Source: Rhina ancylostomus
Taxonomy: Eukaryota
Length of the DNA stretch: 64,000 nucleotides
Assembly (NCBI GenBank): GCA_030265395.1
Contig: JARFYF010000012.1
Span: 37,383,005 to 37,447,004 of the forward strand
Reading direction: 5' to 3'
Below are positions 9,990 to 23,869 of this stretch, one piece after another (the first letter of the stretch is position 1; each line of letters begins with the position of its first letter). A program made the translations under genes and the position numbers. The notes beneath the pieces were generated by a model. It was not told the DNA's origin. It saw only the letters and a program-made list of their open reading frames with translations, and ran no database searches.

Positions 9990-12900
9990 AAAGCAGCAAT
10001 TTGCAATTTCCTTGGCCAGAGGCAAAGAAACCACTTGACTTGGGAGGTCCATCTTGTTCTGTGACATCTTCCCAAGTCCCTTCACTGACATCTCTCCTCC
10101 ATCCTGACTCCCACCATCACCAACAGTCTGGAGGAAGCATCCACACTCTGCTCCGCAGCAACGTTCCTGGAAACACAATGCTTCCTTTTACCACAGGAGC
10201 CTCTCCTTCTCCTCAGCCATGGGAGATTGTCTATCCCCAACCATGCAGCTCTCCTGCCTGCCCACCCATCTGATGGGATCTTACTTCGGGTGGGTGGGGG
10301 TTCAATCTCAAGGCCCCTTAGAGATTAGGCATGAAGGCAGGCTACTGGTTTTCCTCAGTTCTTGCCTATTTCCTAATTCCTTCACCATGCTTCCAAATGA
10401 CCTACGGAAAACATGGCCTTGAAATTCAGGTCCTTATTTACAAGGGAATCTCATATTCTTGAAGGAAGTCACATTCATTAAGGGTCTTGTCACACCTTTT
10501 GGATAGCCAGAGCCAATGGATTACTGCTGGAGTGCATCACCATTATACGATATCAAGTATTATTTTAGTCAGTAGTTTTGCACCAACACCAAACTTGTTA
10601 ATATATAATATACTTTCATTCAGACCATAGCTAACAAACTGTCAACATTTCAAAATAATTTAGCTTCATTTTAACAAACCAAAGGCAAGCTGAAGTAATC
10701 GGAAAAGACACGGTACAGGAAAGACAAGATACAAACTGTGCATCAAAAGTCAACATGGAAGACTTGTTAAGTTTAATATGCTTTGTTTTCATTTATGTCA
10801 TAACAGCTTGTACTTAAGGCAAACCAACCAAAAGCCAACATGAGATAATGCCATAAAGTTTAAACACCACCCAAAATAAGAACGCAGCAGCAGTCAGAGC
10901 ATGCTTTCTGTTGATGTAAAGTTTGATGGACTGTTATGCAAGGGGAGAGCCAATTCTTTCTCCTATCCATCTTGTGTACACGACAATTAATTTTGTGAAT
11001 GCACAGCCTCAGCAGTTGGTGGCTTGTGACTTCGATCTCCATTAATTACCATTCCACGCATACCCCTGAACACATTCCCGCTGTGCACTCTCCACACTGA
11101 GGACAAGTCATGTCAGCATGTCAATGCTGCTGACGTTTATTTTTGCTCCCCCCCCACCCCCCCCAATATTTCCTTGTGCATATTTTCCATACAAGGAGAC
11201 TAATCCACACCTGGAACAAGTCTGAATTTTTGCTAAATTTGTCTGTTGTAATGGTTACTCTCATCAGGCATAATTTGCTGGCAGTTTCATAGATATAATG
11301 GCAGAGATGGCATTTGAATCTTTCACTATTCACTGACGTGACAACATTTTGATTGGATATGATAAATCTGACAGGCCTGAACTTATTTCCTCGTTGGGCA
11401 GTGCACAACCAGAAAGTGCCCAAGTGCAGCCTACCATTTTGTTAATCTGGTCTTGAGCAACTGAGAAGCATTTGACTCACGTCTGCATTGGGGGGGGGGG
11501 GGGGGGCCCCCTGGAAGCAACCCTGAATTCTTGGGGAGTTGGATGTGCAATTGCAATACAGAATACACCTGACAGCCCATATTGACATCTGAAGTCACAC
11601 ATGCTCACATGTAGCAGGTTTGTTAAAAGACCAAAGGCAGTAGGAATAAACAGATTATGCTCGGGCTAAAACATTGACAGCAGTGGCATGTTACAAGAAG
11701 CTGTACTGGACCTTTGGGATTCACAATTAGTGATTTGGACGAATATGGCACATTCATCCAATTTTATTGGGTAGATGGGGCAGGTGGGTGGGTAATTTGT
11801 GAGGTGGTGAGGGCCTCTGCGTGCTCCCAGGGCATGGACTCGCGGGGTATAAGTTCTCAATACCATTTCCAATAGTTAGATGCAGATCATAAACAAGGTT
11901 GGGATCTGTTGATTTCCAGGCACTAAGCTGATATGGGGCATGAAAAGGAAAGCAAACCTGACATAGAAGTTGAGCAATTATATTGAATGGCAGAACAGAA
12001 GGTGTCTGAAAGGGTAGGNNNNNNNNNNNNNNNNNNNNNNNNNNNNNNNNNNNNNNNNNNNNNNNNNNNNNNNNNNNNNNNNNNNNNNNNNNNNNNNNNN
12101 NNNNNNNNNNNNNNNNNNAAGGGTAGGGGTGTGGATAATTTGTAAGGTGGCGAGCTACCTCTGCTGTTTATGTAGGTCCTCCATGTACACACACACACAT
12201 GCCCATGATATGCAGGCAGACTCACACCCATGTATACCACATTCATGCACATTGATAGGCAGCCACACAATATACTCACACCTGTACCATTACACACCCA
12301 CACTGACCCAAACACTTCCAGTCAGAAACTCATAATAATAAAATGTTCACACACCTGAAAGCACCAATGATGCAGGTGAGTTCAGACATCAACTACAAGA
12401 CTGTATAATCCCACGCATCTACACCGATACATCAACACATATCCACCAACCAATCCATGCACCAACCCTCACTAAGCAGCATATCCACACCTCATAGTCA
12501 CACTTTACCCTGTAACTTATGTTTTTAATCACCCCGGCAAGACAGAACGATTATCATTTATATCATTTCAAACTATACTCAACCCGAGTGCCCGTGTGGG
12601 TCAGTCTGCGTGCCCGTGTTAATGTGGGTTAATGGATGCATGGATGTTCACGTGTCAGTGTGGGTGGTTACACAGAAGTGATGGCATGAGTATGCATGCA
12701 GAATGTTGTCACTGTGTGAGAGAAACTGGTCAGTTAACACAGTGGTAATTCTCTTCGTTGGTAATGCGTTTTACCAATCCCATGGCATTTTGGGAAGACT
12801 TAATAAACCACGATTCTGCAGTACGTGAACACTCATGACTGTTAAAAGTTTAAGTGGAAGAAGCAGACTTCTTGGAATAAAAATAAAACCTCTTGCTATG

Positions 12901-13560
12901 TAACAACTGTTGTCAATTTCCTAATAACAGTTCAGCTCTTGGGGAGAACCTAGCACAAGAGAAACTTTCTTCCTTTAAAAAGGAGAGAGCTTCTAGTTGC
13001 GACGATTAAGGCCAGATTCCACGTGGAGCAGAGCGGTTATAATGTAGAGATGTGTTATGATGGTAATCTGTATCTGTGGGTTAGGAGAGAGGGGTAGGTA
13101 ATAGTTTAGCTCAGACATAGCCTCACAATCACCATTCACTCAACAGGTCTAAATTCAGTGGATAGTCATCACAGCTACAAGGGCTAAAATTATCAAATAG
13201 CTAGGCAACACTCCCCATTTTAAACATATCTGGCTAAGTTGCCGGGATGTGCTGGCATTGTGAAGTATAGAAATTGGGCAAAATTATGTAATTAAAGAAA
13301 ATGGTGGCAAATGAAAGCAGGATATCAAGTAGTTCAAATGAAAAATGCTCATTAAAAATGGAAATAGAATTCCACAGAATATTAATGAGCAACAAGCTAA
13401 AGGTACTAGAACAATGTTCATCAAACTAATAGATCTTGTGAAAGACATGCTTGAGCTCAAAAAGTCCAAATGCTGCAATCTGGAGAATACAAACAAGAAC
13501 ACAGTCACAGTCCAAAACCATCTCCAAGCAATGCACAACAAGCCAGGATAGAATGGATAC

Positions 13561-13641
13561 CTTCAGAATCACCCTGCGGCGAATCACCCTGGTTGTGACA
13601 AACTCCTCCTCATCCGAGCTAGACTCATTTGCCCCAAGTTC
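13561..13641 (-). CDS. ANK3: ANK3 muscle-type alternative exon 1, 81 nt (ELGANESSSDEEEFVTTRVIRRRVILK), obscurin-binding motif
   Basis: Branch point gctaac, acceptor aatcag|GAA, donor AAG|gtatcc. TTRVIRRRVILK matches the ankyrin obscurin-binding consensus as recalled. Confidence 0.9.
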
Positions 13642-15069
13642 CTGATTGATGCATGTTAGCACATTATGTTAAGAGATGGCACGTAGCATGATGGTTGACA
13701 AGAACAGATGTACTTACTATGAGCCACTGGCACTTATCTAGCTTGCCCACACACAAGACTGACTGATCACTGGGGACTAGGTTTTAGTTGCATCAGTTTT
13801 CAATGCCAGCAATTGATACTCTCCTTTAAGGGAAAGGCCAATATACAACCCAAAGTTGCCATGGCAGCAGCTCAGATGTTTCCAATTAATTCCAAAGGAC
13901 AACTTAATCATCTCAGATCCAAATATTTTACCACTTAAATAACCAAGGCAAAGATGCTTTCTTTCCCTGTGGATGCTGCTTTTTCTGAGTTGGANNNNNN
14001 NNNNNNNNNNNNNNNNTTTTTATTTAGACAATTAGATCTGCCCCTTTAGTGTTTTGAAAAGGGGAACATTGATTATCTGGGGATTAGGATTTTAACATAA
14101 TCATGTGTTACCAGGTACAGACTACAAGTCTATCAAATTCATAAGTAACATACAAGATAGTGCAAATTACTGTAATACATTACCAAAATATTAAATTTAA
14201 TTTTTCCAGTTCAAGTTAAAAATTTCCACTTCTCCTTTAGTTTAAATTGGATAACTGCTTTAAATGTGTATTTTCTAGGGTAATCTACAGCTAGCACATC
14301 CAATTTCAAAGAGAGAGTCATGTGCTACATGTCATCACTGCGGGAAAAGCAAACATGTATGCCAAATGTAGCTCAGAAGCAAAGAACAGATCCTAAAAGA
14401 TTAATTAATTCACTGCTGACAAGATTGAAATGCAGAGGATGATCATCCTGCCATATTTTAGCAGATGGTTCAATGATGTGCATCTATAATTAAGCCACGA
14501 ATAATTATTAACACTTGTAATTATAAGACTGGATCTGCTTCTGTTCAAATACAAATACTTCTTCAAATCTTGTTATACTGTACAATCAATCTTCCTTGGT
14601 AATGGCTAACCATAGTTCAGGATGTAGACTAGTGAGAACTGAGCCAGGAGTAGAGGAGTGAGACAGATACAACTACTGTGGGGTTATCTTTTCTCCGGTA
14701 AGCTGTTAATGGAGTTTCAGACTTGGGGGTTAATTTCTTTGTTCCTAGGAACACATGATTCTGCATTCACCTTACAATACAGATCTGATTTCTCCATACC
14801 TTTCTCACTTTAAACCTGTATCAGAGCAGATTTTTGGACAATTATTTTTGCTTCCATTGGGAAGAACTTATCTGGTAGGAAAGGGATTGCATGCTCTGAT
14901 AAGTGAATAACAAAAGCACAAAACAATCACTTTTGCAGGAGCAAAATTCTTACTCTTAACTAGAGGTTTAAGAAGATAGACCCAATGCTCCAAAAGATAG
15001 ATAATGCTGAAGAAGTATTATTGTTTACCAATTAGATCATAGCATGCACATGAAGAAAAATTATTTCAC

Positions 15070-15463
15070 CTGTGCTTTGTGTTCTGTTGGTAGAGGCCCT
15101 TCAACCCTGATGTTTGTTCCTGATTTAATCCCCTCTGATGTGCCCCAACTCGGCTTCTTCTCTGTGCCAAACCCACCAGCTCCGTGCTCCTCAGTGCCCA
15201 TCCGCCTGGTGTCCGCCTGCATTTCCTTCACTGACTCTGTGATTAGTGTCGAGCGTTTCTGCGCCTTCCCATTCACTGTTTTCCTGTCATGTGAGGTTAC
15301 AAGCATGTCATCCGTCACCTCCTGAATCAAAGGACTTGACTCTCTTTGACGCTCCAACCTATGCAAGTCGAGGTCGCCATTCTCCTCCGGTTTTAAAACT
15401 GGTCCTTTCAAATGAAACTTAACAGATCCAGCAAGTTCATTTTTGATGCTCTGTTCCTGAAGA
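15070..15463 (-). CDS. ANK3: ANK3 regulatory-domain exon, 394 nt (LQEQSIKNELAGSVKF...RESSPLIQEV...PTEHKAQ)
   Basis: Phase-2 acceptor tttaaag|T CTT fits the upstream AA| donor; donor CAG|gtgaaa; open frame throughout. Confidence 0.85.
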
Positions 15464-18179
15464 CTTTAAAATAGGAAAATACGGTTAAAATGTCTTTTCT
15501 GCATGGAGTTACATATCACATAACTTAATTTCTTTCTTCCAAAATGCTAATGTAAATATTAATCTGCTCCGATGTCTTTATAATGAACTCAGGATAAGTA
15601 CATTTACATTTAGTGCCGGTTGCCCTGAGAAGACAATGGCGAGCTTTGTTCTTGAACAGCTAGTCGCAGTTTGATACAAATGGGTGTTTGCTCGGCCATT
15701 TCAGAGGACAGTTAAATGTCAAGAACTGTGATGTGGGAGTAAACCCATGTACAGGAGAGACCAAACGAGGACAACAGGTATATTTCCCTAATGGATATTA
15801 GAGAATCCATTGGGTTCTAATGATTTATAGCTACATTTGACAGTTGGTTTCCATTTCCACTTCCACATTTTAAACAAAAAATCCCAAACCATGATGTGGA
15901 ATCCCTTTGTCTGGATTACTAACACAAACCTCCGAAATACTAGTGCAGTATTATTATCATTGCACTACCCCCATCCTTACAGATTTCAATACATGTCAAA
16001 TTTGAAAAAGAGTCCTTGGCTGGAGACAATCAGCTCATTATCCTTCTGGGTATGTCTGGGGAATTGAACCCAGCAGCACTTCTGAATTTTACACAAGAGG
16101 AGCACACATAGGGATTTGGGTGCAGAAGTCAGCCCATCTTGTTGCTGGGACCAGCTTAAAAACAAACTCCATCGACTGCTGTCAACTGCAGTCTGTGGAC
16201 CTGAAGGCTTATTTCCTTCCCATTACCACACCCACCTCAAAAGCAAATTAATCTCTCAGAAATAACAAGAACAAAATTTCCCTTAACCCTTTCTATACTT
16301 GCTACAGAATCACAAGTGCTGACAGTTTTGTATCCTGTTCAGGTGGGTCAGTCGGCCCACAATCCGAACCAGTGATGCGCTCAAGATTTCACAAGTAAAT
16401 CTGCAATCAAGGTATGTACAAACTATATCTTTCTTACTTCCAACCTGTAAAATCGTAGNNNNNNNNNNNNNNNNNNNNNNNNNNNNNNNNNNNNNNNNNN
16501 NNNNNNNNNNNNNNNNNNNNNNNNNNNNNNNNNNNNNNNNNNNNNNNNNNNNNNNNNNTGCCTGTGTTTGTCCTGAGGAAGTATCCTGACTCCAGTCTTG
16601 TACCAGTGTGCTGCATTTGGGTTCTCTGTGAGCTTACTCCTTGCTCAACATTGTGACAAATCAAGAAAGTAGATTTCAGAATTCGTTGTGTGGGCCAGTA
16701 ACAATGGCTGAATAGGATAACTCCTCATTATGATGGGTTTCTGAGGCTTCTACAGGAATATGAAGGGTCCATTCTCCAAGTAAGCACTAAACAAAAGATG
16801 CTTTGTTTATAATGAATGAAAAGATGAATTCTGTTTCAAAATAACCTTGAAATAATGGGAATTTCAGGGATTTTTTTATCTGCATTTTGGGAATCATGTT
16901 CTATAATTCTGTGTATTTTCTCTGTGAATTCCAATTCAAAGACCCCAGTTCAAATATTATTTGCCCTTCAGTTTTCTGCATGGCATTCTGCCACATTGTT
17001 CATGGTTTATTGGGTTCAAGAATGTTGAGCTGGTATGAAGTTATTCAAGTACTCAGCTGTGTGAGTCTTGGCAACAGTTGTTCTTTGGAAACTAGCAGTT
17101 GGTGAGATCAGTTAAAGATCTTGAAATCACATGGAAAAAGCTAAAACTCTTTACCTTTTCTCATCTTCCTAGTCCTCCTCTTTTTCCATGGCTTCTTTGG
17201 TAATGTAAAGATCTCATTTAAGGATTGGCTGTCTTAAGTAAAAATTTCAATAAACCAGAATCTAGATTCCATTTCTAGACTCTCAGAAAATATTTGGCAC
17301 TCACTCCACCCACCCATGGGATTCAATGAAACCCAGTCTGTGACACATCTCACAGAGTTTGAAGACAGAAAAATGACAATAACCTTAACCTGATTTTTGG
17401 TGGCATTGGTTGCTCAGAACTTCCAACATTTCTTTTAAAGCCTGCATATATAAAAGAAATTGCCAGCAGAAATTATCACACTGCAATGACGCCCCAACCT
17501 TGCAGGGACCCTGACACACTTCATTGTAAAGTTTCCCAGCTCCCTGATCTGTACTGCAGAAAATCTTCTACACAGAAGATAACTAGACTTTCCTGCTTCC
17601 CAAATTGTCCTTTGGGCTGTTAAGCATACAAATATAGAGAAAGAAAATTAGAGTACTGCTCATGATATAGGGGTGGAATTACGTTTATGTGACCACCCTT
17701 CCCACCATTCCCTGTTTAACTGGATTGCACAATCCAGGTGATGCAACACTAAACTTGCATTTTAAGTGTCTGATGTATGTTGCTGCTGGAGAATCCTAAA
17801 GCTCCCATTTCATTAAGTCTCTGCATTGACATCCATTAGCTCAGGGTTGGCAGAGTCAGATTAAAACTCAGCACAACACTTTACTGCTGGGGTCTCAAGA
17901 GAATAGAATCTGAAGCACATGTTGAGGAGGTGCAGGTGAATAAGAGAAGATGCTGAGTAAAAGTGCATCCCTCAAAAGCACTTCAATAATGGGACTTCTC
18001 ATTCACCACTGTACTAATGCAACATGCTCAATTCTCACAATAATCATTCTTTAAGGGCTCTTAGGAGGACCAACTATTCAAAACTCCTCTGTTGTGCAAT
18101 TTTGTCAGGAGAAACTAGATGGACTGTTTACAGTTGTTTCACAACCAACGCAGAAAGGAGGAAAATCCCATCAGCTGGT

Positions 18180-18597
18180 AACATTGTCCTTTCCTGACCG
18201 AGAAAGTTATGCATTCAGGTCCCACCTCAGAGACTTCAGCATGAAGTCCAATATGTCAACATTGGCGCAGTACTAAAGAAGTGCTGCACCATCAGAGGTG
18301 CTATCTTTTGCATGAAACATTAAACCAAGGTCTAATCTACTCTCTCAAGTGAATGTAAAAAGAACCCATGGCACTATTCTGAAAAACATTATCCTGTCCC
18401 TAGGGTGTCGACCAACACTTACCCTCAACAATACCAATAAATCAGATGATCAGGTCATTATTGCATTACTGCTTATGGGATCCTGCTAAATGCATGTGCA
18501 TTTCATGTCACAATTCCTATATTACAAGAGTGCTTCTTTGACTAAGAAGCCTGTTGGGGATGCAAAAGGCACTGTATAAGTGCAAGTACTTTCCTTT
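18180..18597 (+). mobile_element. Deu-domain SINE-like element
   Basis: gcagtactaaagaagtgctgcacc...aacattaaaccaagg...acccatggcactatt...atcaggtcattattgcattactgc...aaggcactgtataagtgcaagt. Confidence 0.75.
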
Positions 18598-18679
18598 GAA
18601 TGAAACATGGGTCTTTGGGTAGGAGTATGGTGTGACCACCTTCTACAACACACAACACTCATGAGAATATCCCACTTAC

Positions 18680-19370
18680 TTGGCGTTGCCTTCATCCAGA
18701 TCGTCAGTGCTCAAGTGACAGCTCTTTGGAGTTGGTGGCTCCACGTCAACACTGGATGCATCACTGTGCCAACCTGGAACTGTAAAAAATTCTTTCTGGG
18801 AAATCTGAGCAGGGTGAAGCACCTGGACTTCTTCCTTTGTCACCTCCTCATCATCTGAACCTTTGGAACTTCGCCTTGGCTGAACAACCACCATGTCTCT
18901 TTGCTCTGCAAGGTCCTTGGTATTGGATGCATCAGATCTTTCTTCTCGCTGCGCCCGATTGGGAGACCCCTTTTGTTCGGCCTTGTATTCATCCTGCAGT
19001 GACTGGACATGCTCCACCTGCTCTATATTAGTGGATAGCTGAGCAACACAAATGTTGCCACCCTTGAACTGGAAGTCAGATTCACAATTGGAGCCTCCTG
19101 GTTTATCCACTTGCCCAGGTGATGAAGGAACCACCTCATCTGTCACCAGACAGAGCCCTGGCAAATCAGCACTGAAAACTTTTGCTGATATTTCCTCAGT
19201 ATCGCTGAAAGGTGATACTTCCTTTGTTGCCAGACTTAATTGGTGGGGAGTCGGGGAAGCTGATTGTACACTAGGGTAATTGCTAAAATAATCATCACAA
19301 TGAAGAGGGGTGGGTGGCAAATAGCGTAATGCAGCAGGTGTCAGCAGCTCCGCATGGATGGAAGAGTATC
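18680..19370 (-). CDS. ANK3: ANK3 regulatory-domain exon, long form 691 nt; an internal acceptor at 18773 gives a 94-nt short form
   Basis: Acceptor cactcag|GA TAC, internal acceptor gttccag|GT TGG, donor GCC AA|gtaagt. The 597-nt difference is in frame. Confidence 0.88.
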
Positions 19371-22300
19371 CTGAGTGAGCAAAACACAATGGAACTAACT
19401 ACAGACAACAGGCAGGATCACATAACAGAAACATGACAAGTAATGGTAACACAGCACAAAGCTACTCAACACAGGTGGTGAAATGTAACTGTGCAGAAGC
19501 AACTATCATATCGTTTCACTGTAATCAATTACCCTACATTTTCTAAATGTTTTTTTTGTGAAAGACATCCATTAACTTAATTTTATAAAATAATTAATCC
19601 AAACTGACAGTGCAATTATCTGAAATGATCTCCATGGGAGATGTCAATAAAACAGATTCACAAATAATCTGACATTGATATGCAGAATTACAACTGCCTA
19701 ATAGATGTTAAAAAATTGCTGCCCTTTGGAATTTTTGCTTTTGATGCTCAATCCGTGCATCAGGTTACATAACTAGGCAGCTCAGAGATACAAGAAAGAA
19801 GTGCTCCCACAGAGTATTACCAAAACATTGTTTCATTTGGCGCACTTATTTTGTTCAAAGAGAATGGACATTATTGGAGGGACTGACTGAAAATGAGGTC
19901 TTCTTTAAAAAGGCAGTTGGAAGAGATTTTCACCCCATGCCATTGATAGGAAAGACAAAGCTGCAATATCTGGTTAAACCTAAAATCCCATCTTTATTTT
20001 AACACAGGCATAATTCACTTCAGGCTAGGATCAGGGACAGCCATAATGGGCCTTGCACATGAGCCAGCAGCACACATACTGCAGGTTCCTCAAGGAAGAT
20101 ATTTCCTTTAAGTGACCACCAGTTCTTGGTCCCCCTTGTTTCTCAGAGTATAGCAATGAGTCACTTTGTGTCAGGTAGCTCCATGAGTCCTTGCCGTCAG
20201 GATCCTTGCTGTTCCTCCTCCTGTATCAGCCAAATTCTGCACGGTTTACATCTGTCTTTTTCCTGTCAATCCTAACTGCAGCCCACCTGACCAATGATGA
20301 CTGCCTCTGCTCTTTGAATTGGCTGGCCAGGCTGTATGGGATAATAACCTTCATTCAAAGCCATATACCCAAAGGAGCATCATTTGCTGGAGGGGAAGGT
20401 TGGTGGATTCTTGACCCAATGCACCCAGCCGCAGAATGTTAAGTCTTGAAGTATGATCTTTGGTTCTCTCTCCTAATTCACCTAAATATGTTATCTCTTG
20501 GTGATGTATTTTGAACCCAAGGGGATCTCAGGATCTGATTGTACAACTGCCCAAAAATAATCCACTCCTTTTGCCCCAGTATTGACAGCCAGTCCTTCAG
20601 CCACCTGGACGGAGTTCCTTTATAATCTCCATCTCCTCAAAGACCTTCTTTAAAACTTCTTCCATCTGAGCTTTAATCATCTACCCCAATATCATCTCTA
20701 GATCAGTGACTGATATAGCTTGAGTTGGTTTTATATGTTTAAAGCGTGCTGTTCTTAATTGTTATTTTGTGGGTAAATTACTTCCACTTTTTAAATCAAA
20801 CACCACACAAAGCTTAGGTGAAGATAGGTAGAGCTACTGAGCTATAGAGAACTGCTGCCCACCCAGTCGCCCATCCATTGACATTGAGCTTATCTTCAAC
20901 CTCTATGTCTGCTCATAACAACGAGCGCCCCTGACCTCCCAATCTGGTGCTGGACTCAGATGCACTTCGCATCCAGCCCCTCAATTTCATGACAGGCATA
21001 AGTTTTTATATATTTTTCAATATTTCTCTTCATGTTTATGTTTATAATTACTTCACTGTAGTCTAATGTAACTGAACTTAAAAAAATACTTTAAAACAAT
21101 TTATACAGTTGTTACTGTCCCTGAACATCAAATTCAATGAAAGGCAATGAAACATGCCTTTGAGAACAGCAAGCTTTCAAAGAGCATCAGGGTATTCCTG
21201 AGGTTGGAGTTCAGATTGAATACAAGGGTTGGATTGAGCACAATTTATTCCACTGTTTTCCTTTTATAAAGGCGAACATGTAGTTTCTAATGATCATATG
21301 TTATAGTACTCATTGATTGGAATTCTTGTTATATTATATGCATTGTACTCTAATGCCCCATAGAAACTATTATTAAATTAACATATTTGTCCTATAACTG
21401 ACTTCTTGGATTAATCTTCAGGTTTGCAAATCTGAGGCATATAATCCCACAGAATTTCTACAATGACAGTCAACAATGAAAGCAAGACAAGGTGGAAAAT
21501 ACAGATGAAAGCTTTTATAAGATGATTTCAGATCTAATGGATTTTATTGACCAGGATGATGGCAAAGAGAGGAGAGATTTGTGTGAACTCAAGGACAAAT
21601 ATACAGATAAGCACACTGACTGAAAAAAGATAAAAATTGATTTCAAGTGATCAACAACATTGTAACAGCACATAAACAACATAAACAGTCATATAACCAA
21701 AACTGCTTTAACATGTGATTCAGGGAATGGGAAGGCCTGGAATGAGACTGAGGTAGGTGCAGTAAATAGAAATCCAGTTTATTAATCAGTGAGTGGAGCA
21801 CAATCAGCAGAGTTCCCCAAAGTCAGTAGAGAGAAGAGCAGAGACATTTGGATCTTTGCAGAGGAGAAGTGCCGGCAGGTTCAGAGAGGACGTGTGACAA
21901 AGAAGTAGTTACAACTGCAAAGCAGCATCTGTGCAAAACAATCGTAAGAAAACTGAAATAGCAGGAAAAAAACTTCAATGCAAGGACAGTTATTTTATCT
22001 GGCTGAAATTCTACACTTCCATCAGTGCATTCAAAGTAGTATAGGTGCAGAGATTGTGGTATCCCTGTAATACTCACTGATCCATTCACTGAATGGTTGG
22101 AAACTTTGGCAGAACAAACTGTTCTCTGCATCTGAACTCTCGCTAAACACTTCTACTGGTAAACTGTACCACCAGAACAATCTATTCTGTGGCAGGGAAA
22201 TTATCAAATAACCTTCCTAGCTTCAAAGCATTACTGGGGCTGGAATCTATTAATATCCTGCATCAATTTATACTTGGAGAAATGAACTTTTAACAGACTC

Positions 22301-22442
22301 AAGTCTGGTTACTGTCAAAGATGACAATTTACACAAACAACTTAAATGTAGTGGTTCGTTCTTTGTACTAATTCAGTGGACCACGCCCCCCACCCCCACC
22401 CCACCACCACCCCCAAACAAAATGTAAAGAACGTGAAGTTAC

Positions 22443-22586
22443 CATCAGACTGATCCAGGAACACACTGCTATCGTCAGCAAAACTTCTTGTGCCAGAAAC
22501 ATTACCATAGTCAAATATTGGGCCTTCTAGTAAGGTCACAATGTCCATTCGATTAATCTTTTTCAGGACTCCACTTAAGGCATCAG
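22443..22586 (-). CDS. ANK3: ANK3 exon, 144 nt, death domain end (TDALSGVLKKINRMDIVTLLEGPIFDYGNVSGTRSFADDSSVFLDQSD)
   Basis: Acceptor tctgcag|CT GAT, donor GAT G|gtaact. Confidence 0.96.
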
Positions 22587-23869
22587 CTGCAGAAAGAACA
22601 AAAAAATATGCCGATTGTATATCGTGATCCAAAACACTCAGACAGAACTAGCAGTGCATTTTTAACAGTGAACCTCATTCCAAAAGTTGGCATCCTCTTG
22701 GGAAGAGCCTGTCAGAACATGCACCTCTTCACAGGGCCACACTGTTAATATTCTCTTTAGATAAAATAGCCTCTCTTATCTGAAAATTAATCTTCTAAAA
22801 GGCCACTGATGACTAGCGCTGAATCTGAAGTAGGCATGTTGTTCTGATAAAGTATATTTAAGACATGGACCAGTTTTACATCTAGTTGGAAATGGAGTAG
22901 GTGTGTGAGCCCAAAACAACGAGACTGAGGAGCATTTTCCTGACACCCTACCCTCAGTCCAAAAGCTTAGTTGAAAATTTCAGACTGAAGATCAATTGAT
23001 TTCTGATAGGGACGAGTATCAAAGAATATGGAGAGAAGGGGTCAAAATGGCTTTAAAATACAGGTCACTCATGTACTGATGGAATGAATGAATGAACATG
23101 TCTGAAGGAGCGAATGGCCAATGCCTGTACTCTCATTTTCACCAGACTGTTANNNNNNNNNNNNNNNNNNNNNNNNNNNNNNNNNNNNNNNNNNNNNNNN
23201 NNNNNNNNNNNNNNNNNNNNNNNNNNNNNNNNNNNNNNNNNNNNNNNNNNNNNNNNNNNNNNNNNNNNNNNNNNNNNNNNNNNNNNNNNNNNNNNNNNNN
23301 NNNNNNNNNACAGTAAAATGATTACAATTCTTCACTGAATTGTTTTTCCAACCATTAAGATTTTATTTCTGTCCCCAGCCTTCCAAAAGACTGTGGTTAT
23401 GTGAAGGGTGTTGTGCTTCTATAGATGACAAATGTGAGAGTGTCACAGAGAGAGACTGGCAGAGAAAGAGAAGTCCATTGATTAGTCTTTTCTTGTGTTA
23501 TAAGATGAACTGACCTTAGAGTGAGAGAAACATTGCTCACATTTTAATGGGGTCTATTTACAAAAAAATATTTGAAATTTGAGATAGAATGTCTCTCTAC
23601 TTCTCTCAACTGATCAACAACTGCGGTAGATTGGCAGGGAGCAACAATAAAGTGAGAGAGTTGAACTACATTTTCCCACTTCATTTTCTAGCTTCCTGCC
23701 CCACAATTAAATAATGAACTAAATTTTGAAAGTTCTGATCTCTGCAAAACTTTGTTGCTAAAATTTAAGATGTTTGAAGGAAAGCTCATCAAATTCAAAA
23801 CTAACACATATGGGAAGACCACCAAACTAGTGCTGTTTGCAGATGAGAAGATTCCAAACCCAATAGTCA

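Noticed and set aside
13642-13760. Possible small-ankyrin (sAnk1-like) transmembrane first exon; VLTCINQEL resembles sAnk1 VLKHIHQEL as recalled
   Set aside because: There is an in-frame TAA three codons upstream of VLT and no hydrophobic ATG-initiated frame. The similarity is explained by shared branch-point and acceptor sequence, or at most a vestige.
15456-15456. Stronger-looking acceptor tcttcag|GAA for the 394-nt exon
   Set aside because: It is phase 0, whereas the upstream exon ends in phase 2; only the AAG at 15464-15466 keeps the frame.
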